A stretch of 37,883 bases of DNA from positions 1 to 37,883 of IMG/VR virus record IMGVR_UViG_3300047561_001521; one strand, written 5' to 3'. Positions 1 through 5,608 of the stretch are shown in pieces. The position numbers were made by a program, and so were the translations under genes. This DNA comes from a virus (Duplodnaviria > Caudoviricetes). Under the pieces are notes generated by a model, which made no database searches, was not told the DNA's origin, and worked only from the letters and a program-made list of their open reading frames with translations. The stretch's first letter is position 1. Each line of letters begins with the position of its first letter.

Positions 1-99
1 GCCGGCTGGGCACTCGCCGGCTGGGCACTCGCCGGCTGGGCACTCGCCGGCTGGGCACTCGCCGGCTGGGCACTCGCCGGCTGGGCACTCGCCGGCTGG
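1..99. repeat. Perfect 15-bp tandem repeat (GCCGGCTGGGCACTC) x6.6, running off the window edge
   Basis: Six exact units at 1-90 plus GCCGGCTGG at 91-99. Confidence 0.97.
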
Positions 100-222
100 C
101 AGATAGTACGCTTGCCCTATAGTACGGGCACACTACTGGCCACACGGCCTAAAATCATCCAAACTAAACGCAAAAATAAAAAAAAATTGAATGAAAAAAT
201 CACTGTAACCGTTGTTCAAAAA

Positions 223-373
223 ATAACAAATAACAAATTAACCCTAAACAATGGCACAAGCCTTTCCAGGTTAATCCCAAAAATAGGCTCAGGCTATCAG
301 CTTTTAACCCTAATTGACAACATAACAAATAACAAACTAATTTCAATTAATAATATAACAAATAACAAATTAA
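223..373. repeat. Three dispersed copies of ATAACAAATAACAAA(T/C)TAA in an A/C-rich non-coding tract
   Basis: Copies at 223-241, 322-340 and 355-373. Confidence 0.85.
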
Positions 374-433
374 ATTACACAAAAACAAAAACACGCGCAC
401 GCTTTTAACGCAAAAATAAAAATATAAACAACA

Positions 434-463
434 AAAACGGCGCCACCTATTGAACGCCGTTTT
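434..463 (-). terminator. Intrinsic terminator closing the leftward early operon
   Basis: Inverted repeat AAAACGGCG-N12-CGCCGTTTT about 40 nt past the stop of ORF 503-811. Confidence 0.6.
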
Positions 464-502
464 ATGTATTAAAGGCCGGACTTATGCAAGTCCCAAAATT
501 TT

Positions 503-811
503 TTAGGTATGAATTGAACCATCGGGCAAAATACAGCCAAAACAATTACAGCCGGGGATCATTCCTTGAATTTCACCAGTTGGAACTTTTAGAATCATGC
601 CATTAAACTTAACGGATTCGGTAATGTAGTAAAAATCAGAAGCGATATGCTTAACGTTTTTATTTTCCATTACCAATATAAAAAATTGGCGCAACTGTTC
701 TGGTGACAAAAAATCTGGATGCTGTGAAACTTGATTACTTCCCCTGAGCCAAACGTTTTCACCAACAAAATCAAGGCGTTGGTAAGACTTGAAAATTTCA
801 AGATAGTTCAT
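503..811 (-). CDS. Hypothetical protein
   Basis: 102 aa ORF whose ATG overlaps the upstream stop (4-nt overlap). Confidence 0.7.
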   Translation of the reverse strand: MNYLEIFKSYQRLDFVGENVWLRGSNQVSQHPDFLSPEQLRQFFILVMENKNVKHIASDFYYITESVKFNGMILKVPTGEIQGMIPGCNCFGCILPDGSIHT

Positions 812-1077
812 GGTTGTTGGGCGGTGGGTGAATTTAGAAAGGCTTTGATTTCTTTGTAAGTTTGCTTGATTTTAACCGCTTTACATGCTCTTTTTATTCC
901 CCCGTCGTCTTTATTAGTGTCGTTGGTGGCCAGACCGTTAGCAATACAATCGGAGAGCTGTTCGGGTGTTTTTCCGCTAGCAGAGTAAGCATATTCTGGA
1001 TCGTTAGCGAATAGGTCAATGTAGGCAGTGGTCAAATGTTGCTTAAAAATGTTTAGATTGACTTGATTGATTGGCAT
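808..1077 (-). CDS. Hypothetical phage early protein
   Basis: 89 aa ATG ORF in a tightly packed operon. Confidence 0.75.
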   Translation of the reverse strand: MPINQVNLNIFKQHLTTAYIDLFANDPEYAYSASGKTPEQLSDCIANGLATNDTNKDDGGIKRACKAVKIKQTYKEIKAFLNSPTAQQP

Positions 1078-1123
1078 GATTGTTGAGCGGTGGGATTGTA
1101 CAATTTTTCAGCGTGGTACATTT

Positions 1124-1540
1124 TTAACCCTTGGAAATTTTACCGTTTGCGGTAAATTCATATTCGTTTGCAATTATTTCATCCGCTACATAATCGTGGT
1201 CATACAACCTATCTTCCAATTCCTTGCTCCAAGCCTCGCCATAAAAGTTCCGAATAGAATTAACGGAAACATGCTCAGCTCCTTGTTGTTCAATGTGATC
1301 AGCTAGAAGAGAATCTGCGCAGTAGCCGGTAAAAATACAATTTCTTGAGTCTTCTATCAGGGTATCACATGCACCATAACGCTTAAAATTTTCAACAGAT
1401 TCTTTCATACTTTCAAAATGCTCTCCACGCCAGGCCGGACTTTGTAACTCACAACTACGCCACCAATCGCGTGCATTTTCTTGAGCTTCAAGACTTAATT
1501 CCTCAAACTTGTAAACCTGAAAACCGATAGTTCTTGGCAT
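1124..1540 (-). CDS. Conserved acidic phage/MGE early protein (VYxFxELSxxAxxxARDW...YEFTxxG family)
   Basis: N-terminal VYKFEELSLEAQENARDWW and C-terminal IIANEYEFTANG motifs, recalled from phage and plasmid leading regions; function unknown. Confidence 0.75.
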   Translation of the reverse strand: MPRTIGFQVYKFEELSLEAQENARDWWRSCELQSPAWRGEHFESMKESVENFKRYGACDTLIEDSRNCIFTGYCADSLLADHIEQQGAEHVSVNSIRNFYGEAWSKELEDRLYDHDYVADEIIANEYEFTANGKISKG

Positions 1541-1575
1541 TGTTTTAAGTGATTAGGTTTGCTGTGAATAAAAAT

Positions 1576-2250
1576 TCAACCACTAGAAAAAACATAAACG
1601 CGGCCATTTCCAGCGTCTACAGTATCATATTCATGCCTTAGCTCACATTCCGCATATTTTTTCCAGTCAATGTAATTTTCTAGGTAGCCCAAGTTATCGC
1701 CAAAATCTTCGTAATGAGATTCTTTAGCATATTCAGCTAAATCGCTATAGGTTCCCATATATTTATCCCTAAAATCTTGGCGAGAGTAAACGGTGTCATC
1801 CTCCTGACATAACGCTGCGTAAGCGCTATCATCATTGTTCCCCAATCTCTCAAAGTTATCCAAATACTCTAAAATCTGCTCAAAGTCCGGCCCGTCTTTT
1901 TGTAAAAACTCGGGAATGCCATCCGTCCATTCACCGATTGAATAATCAGCGTAGTCACCTAGCTTAGATTCTATATCGGTAACGTCAAAACAATTATCTA
2001 ATGAAATCCACTGGGTTTTGCCATTACTGACAACACTAAAACCGTACAAAGGTAATTCTTGAACAGCTTGGCAACTCGAAGAAATCAAGCCTAAATCCTC
2101 CTTAGCCTTAAGCAAGGCTTCGTAGAATGCGGTATAACCGGGCTTCTTGCCATCGCTGCGAACATAACCCGCCGCCAAAACCATAGAAGATTTATCACTC
2201 CACCGATCTTTTATCAGTGAAACTAAGCCAGCGCCAGTAACAGGAATCAT
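1576..2250 (-). CDS. ardA: ArdA-like antirestriction (DNA mimic) protein with an N-terminal cyanobacterial AbrB-like domain
   Basis: C-terminal ~150 aa is very acidic with ArdA motifs (WISL, DKYMGTYSDLAEYA, LENYIDWKKYA, terminal YVF); N-terminal TG..LV...KS.MV.AAGYV...YTAFYEALLKAK matches cyAbrB N-termini. Confidence 0.75.
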   Translation of the reverse strand: MIPVTGAGLVSLIKDRWSDKSSMVLAAGYVRSDGKKPGYTAFYEALLKAKEDLGLISSSCQAVQELPLYGFSVVSNGKTQWISLDNCFDVTDIESKLGDYADYSIGEWTDGIPEFLQKDGPDFEQILEYLDNFERLGNNDDSAYAALCQEDDTVYSRQDFRDKYMGTYSDLAEYAKESHYEDFGDNLGYLENYIDWKKYAECELRHEYDTVDAGNGRVYVFSSG

Positions 2251-2293
2251 GGTAAAAAAGCAAGTGGAAGCCCGATCGGTCGGGCATGGATAA

Positions 2294-2344
2294 ATAATAA
2301 GCGCAAACCGAACCGACCAATGCTGGCCCGTTACAAAATGAAAT
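2294..2344 (-). promoter_or_regulatory. Putative early promoter for the AbrB-ArdA gene
   Basis: Minus-strand TATTAT (2299-2294) with GTAACG 29 nt upstream, followed by a 5'UTR hairpin GCCCGA-N4-TCGGGC (2270-2285). Confidence 0.5.
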
Positions 2345-2346
2345 AA

Positions 2347-2514
2347 TTACACAAACTCTCCATTGGTGCTGGTTTCATTTGGTGAGAGAATTGGTAGAAT
2401 TTCCCAAGTGTCGGTATCAAGCGATTCCGCAAAAAGAATCAAATTGTCTACCGACGAAAATGGACCGTGCAACCTTTGCTCCGTAAACTGTGGGCCGGAA
2501 ATTAGGACGTACAT
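2347..2514 (-). CDS. Small hypothetical protein (55 aa, MYVLISGPQF...)
   Basis: Translated by hand; fills the operon gap and overlaps the upstream ORF end. Confidence 0.5.
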   Translation of the reverse strand: MYVLISGPQFTEQRLHGPFSSVDNLILFAESLDTDTWEILPILSPNETSTNGEFV

Positions 2515-2666
2515 TTCCTGAAAAGGTAAATAAAACGATCGTCAATGGTTACGAATAAATCAGCAGGATTGTAACCTTGTAAGGCAGTTTTGACGTGATC
2601 AGGAAAAATAGGATGATCGCACCCAGGAAATAACTCGGCTTCAATCAGTCCTAATAAATCATCCAT
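2502..2666 (-). CDS. Small hypothetical protein (54 aa, MDDLLGLIEAELF...)
   Basis: Translated by hand; ATG overlaps the end of ORF 2659-3048. Confidence 0.5.
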   Translation of the reverse strand: MDDLLGLIEAELFPGCDHPIFPDHVKTALQGYNPADLFVTIDDRFIYLFRKCTS

Positions 2667-3048
2667 GGTAGTTGTAAGCGTAAATTACATTATCGGCGCT
2701 GAGGTAAGCGCCATCCTCCAGAAATGGCTGTGATTTTGCTACTTCCTTGGCAAAATCGGCAACATGCCTAAATTCATCAGTAATCGAATCGGCAAAACCT
2801 ACGCCGTGACCCATACGGACGCATAACCAAACCCAACCAAGGTCGGGCCAAAAATCTTCTAAGCAAACTTCGTCATCGTCGGGAAATTTTTCAACCAAAT
2901 AATCATTTACCTTGGCAGTGAAATGATCAAATTCATCATTCAACCGTTGCAAGTGTGGACCATGCAAACTAGCGCCAGAATCCAGTAATTTAGCGGAATC
3001 GCCGGAAAGAACTAAAAAATCGTTAGCAAGATCAGCCAAGTAGGTCAC
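2659..3048 (-). CDS. Acidic hypothetical phage protein (WLxxRxGHGxGF motif)
   Basis: 129 aa, about 24 D/E versus 8 K/R; RMGHGVGFAD resembles a recurrent phage early-protein motif. Confidence 0.75.
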   Translation of the reverse strand: MTYLADLANDFLVLSGDSAKLLDSGASLHGPHLQRLNDEFDHFTAKVNDYLVEKFPDDDEVCLEDFWPDLGWVWLCVRMGHGVGFADSITDEFRHVADFAKEVAKSQPFLEDGAYLSADNVIYAYNYHG

Positions 3049-3220
3049 CGCAGTCCTCTGTAGTGTTGATAATTTTGAAGTCGGAGCGGGAAAGTGTAGG
3101 CCAAACCGCCAAGAGATCGGAGATTGCCTGCTCTGCCCCTACGGCAGTCTCAAATAAATTAAGACCGCCGCCTAAATAGTCTGTCTGTCCGTGTGGTGTT
3201 TTCAGGATAATCTTAAACAT
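3032..3220 (-). CDS. Hypothetical protein
   Basis: ATG (MFKIILK) 2 nt after the upstream stop. Confidence 0.6.
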   Translation of the reverse strand: MFKIILKTPHGQTDYLGGGLNLFETAVGAEQAISDLLAVWPTLSRSDFKIINTTEDCGDLLG

Positions 3221-3222
3221 TT

Positions 3223-3429
3223 TTATTCCCCCAAAAATGCAAACATTTGCTCTTTGCATTCTGCCACCGTTGAATAGCTATGGACCTGCCTAACGATACC
3301 ATCACGATTAGCGCAAAATGCGTAGGTGCCAATTGGACCTGTCCCATCGTAAACGCAACCAACATAAACGCCATCCCTGAAAACGTTTTCCAGATAGCCG
3401 TCTCCTGTCAATCTTTCGGAAGTAAACAT
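3223..3429 (-). CDS. Hypothetical protein
   Basis: ATG start MFTSERL preferred over the longer TTG-started ORF; first gene of the leftward operon. Confidence 0.6.
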   Translation of the reverse strand: MFTSERLTGDGYLENVFRDGVYVGCVYDGTGPIGTYAFCANRDGIVRQVHSYSTVAECKEQMFAFLGE

Positions 3430-3537
3430 AACAAAACCAATAAGTGGAAGAATCATCCAAACCGGATGACGGGCCAATCCTGCAGCAGATCGCTAGCCCT
3501 GGCCAGCGCCGACCGATAAATCGCAACAATCCGAAAC

Positions 3538-3590
3538 ATTCTCAATAAGCGCAACGGACTGATTCTCAACTAGGCTCGCAATTGAGAATC
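3538..3590. promoter_or_regulatory. Three ATTCTCAA half-sites including an inverted repeat (Fur-box-like)
   Basis: ATTCTCAAT at 3538-3546; GATTCTCAA-N12-TTGAGAATC at 3561-3590. Confidence 0.4.
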
Positions 3591-3736
3591 GACACCCCCA
3601 GGCACGCAATCCCGATCAAATTACCGGGGTTTGGGTATTAACAACACCAAACGGATTACGCCCTTCCCGAACCTGTAAAATCGCCGCCACCACAGCCCGT
3701 AAATCAAACAAAAAATAAAAACATTAAAACACACTT

Positions 3737-3782
3737 TAAAAGCCGACTATTTGCAGGTGTTAAAAGCCGGCTGTTTGCAAGT
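3737..3782. repeat. Imperfect tandem repeat with 24-bp period (TAAAAGCCGRCTRTTTGCARGT)
   Basis: Copies at 3737-3758 and 3761-3782; related copy at 470-491. Confidence 0.75.
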
Positions 3783-3786
3783 TTTA

Positions 3787-3996
3787 TTATTTTAGGGCGT
3801 TCAACCATTGAGCTGCCATAGCCTTGGCAATTCCGGGATAAGTTTTGCTTCGTATTTTCCAGCGATCCACGGATGGTGGTAATTTATTCTGCCCTGAATC
3901 GGTCTGATTTGACCACCTTTCTTTCCCGCAAACAATACGACCTGCAACTCTTTCGCCGTGAATCAAGGGGGGGGGAGATCCTTCAGCCATAAACAA
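3787..3996 (-). CDS. DNA cytosine methyltransferase, C-terminal part (out of frame with 3963-4391)
   Basis: RWSNQTDSGQN and RSKTYPGIAKAMAAQW are the usual C-terminus of this small phage C5-MTase family. Confidence 0.8.
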   Translation of the reverse strand: MFMAEGSPPPLIHGERVAGRIVCGKERWSNQTDSGQNKLPPSVDRWKIRSKTYPGIAKAMAAQWLNALK

Positions 3997-4391
3997 GTTC
4001 TCTTTGAGGCATCGTCGCCAAATTGATATGGCTGTATAATTTGATCCGGCTTTCTGTAGTTTGTGGACATGATTCCAACTGGATTTTCAATTGCCCAGGC
4101 GCAGTTTAATTCCGTAAATTTTAAGAAAAAATTAACAGCTTCAGCAGTTAGGATTTTCCTTTCCGGCCTTCTGTAATTCCAGTGCTGGCCGGAAACCGAC
4201 AAGTAAGTGCATGGAGGATGAGCAATAACTAAATCCCAATTATCAAATAATATATTAAAAACATCGCAAATGATATGATATTCACTTTCTGTGTCCGCTG
4301 GAAGCAAGTCGCACGAATAAGCATCTGCCCCTAGAAGCCTGAATTGATCACGAACAATTCCACTGCTTTCGCACGCAATCAAAACTTTCAT
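3963..4391 (-). CDS. DNA cytosine (C5) methyltransferase, N-terminal part, frameshifted at a C9 run
   Basis: VLIACESSG (SAM binding), catalytic AHPPC, AIENP, IIQPYQFG, KRTCLWLK; stops right after the homopolymer. Confidence 0.85.
   Translation of the reverse strand: MKVLIACESSGIVRDQFRLLGADAYSCDLLPADTESEYHIICDVFNILFDNWDLVIAHPPCTYLSVSGQHWNYRRPERKILTAEAVNFFLKFTELNCAWAIENPVGIMSTNYRKPDQIIQPYQFGDDASKRTCLWLKDLPPP
3967..3975. repeat. G9 homopolymer at the methyltransferase frameshift
   Basis: aatcaa-GGGGGGGGG-agatcc. Confidence 0.95.
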
Positions 4392-5143
4392 TTCAAGGCA
4401 TCCCCCAAATGCTTATCAAGCATAGCAGGGAAACGATTTTCAAAATCCCTTCCGATCAAACCGCTAAAATCAAAAATTTCTGGCACTGCGGGAACATTAC
4501 GCAACGCAGCGAATAAAAGCGAATACTTCGGCTTAACCCCCGCCTTGCCCTTTGTCAGAACAGAATAAATACCAGGAGGAATTGCGCTTTTTTGTTTTTC
4601 ACTTCTGTCGAATCCAAAATAAACGTAACTGCCACTTAGTCGTTTTGAAACATTTCCACCATTAACAACTGCCAATACCTGCTGATACTGTCCCTTACTA
4701 ATGTTTCCATAGGCGTTAATTCGTGCGTCTGGATTTGACGATGCCGACTTTGCCTGTGTGAAATATCCAGGTTTATTGTTTCTGTTCAATGCCCTGGTAA
4801 AACGCATTCGATAAGCCCTGCCAGCGCCTGGGTCCGACGAAACAGGAAATAAATACTCATCCGGCCTGTTTCCACCAGGCGCCTGATCCGTAAGTTTTAC
4901 GACAGCTCGAAGTACATAATCACTTCCTGCTGATTCGCCTGTTACCTGTTCGTATTTACCGGCATTTTGTGTGAATGGAACTGGCCGATCAATTTTGCCA
5001 CTATTGATTTCACCTTTAATAATTTTCCGCGTACTGAAGACATAATCGTTCAAAGCTCTAGTCGTCGCGTATCGCAATTGGGATTTTTGCAACGCATTTA
5101 GTTCGCCTATTAAGTCCGTCAAATCATCAATGTTGATACTCAT
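4388..5143 (-). CDS. Conserved phage protein, possibly neck/tail-completion (gpZ-like)
   Basis: QLRYATTRALN...IDRPVPFT motif of a common phage family; basic protein; start MSINIDD chosen. Confidence 0.6.
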   Translation of the reverse strand: MSINIDDLTDLIGELNALQKSQLRYATTRALNDYVFSTRKIIKGEINSGKIDRPVPFTQNAGKYEQVTGESAGSDYVLRAVVKLTDQAPGGNRPDEYLFPVSSDPGAGRAYRMRFTRALNRNNKPGYFTQAKSASSNPDARINAYGNISKGQYQQVLAVVNGGNVSKRLSGSYVYFGFDRSEKQKSAIPPGIYSVLTKGKAGVKPKYSLLFAALRNVPAVPEIFDFSGLIGRDFENRFPAMLDKHLGDALK

Positions 5144-5205
5144 GCCCAGGAGCCCCGTTAAGGCCACTCTAGCCGCTCTAGCGCCCGTTGCCCTGCTCGA
5201 CCCCC

Positions 5206-5608
5206 GTAACGCACCTCAGGGGCGCACTGGGCAGCCTCTGGAGATCAATCCATCGAATCCCTCCAGTCCCAGTCCCAGGAAAATGCTCCGTAACACCCTC
5301 TCGTAACGCTGTAACGGTGATGTAACACCCACCGTTACGCCGAAACCCCTTGCCCCGCCTGCTTTGTAACACTGTAACACTAACTATAGGTAAGAATAGG
5401 TAAGAAGAAGAAGAAGAAGGGTTCACATCGTCTCACTAGGGATATGGAGAGGTGTTCATCCTTTCGACCGTTACAACGTTACACACCGTTACAACCCTTG
5501 GTACGACTGGGTTTTCAAGCGTAACGACCGTTACTCGGTGTAACGATTCCCAGTTCTCGCAGTGAGACTAACGTGCAACGACTGGGGCCAGACCCTGGAA
5601 AACGTAAC
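5206..5608. other. Putative replication origin: cluster of 15 GTAAC/GTTAC pentamers
   Basis: Pentamers at 5206, 5290, 5303, 5311, 5322, 5334, 5366, 5374, 5470, 5478, 5488, 5521, 5530, 5540, 5604; overlaps the 3' end of the primase-helicase. Confidence 0.65.

Noticed and set aside
1-99. CRISPR array
   Set aside because: Head-to-tail 15-mers with no spacers and no cas genes
112-408. 98 aa ORF
   Set aside because: Arises from the low-complexity A/C-rich repeat tract; TTG start and K/N/T-biased sequence
5178-5426. 82 aa ORF over the iteron cluster
   Set aside because: Its VT repeats simply translate GTTAC/GTAAC; better explained as an origin
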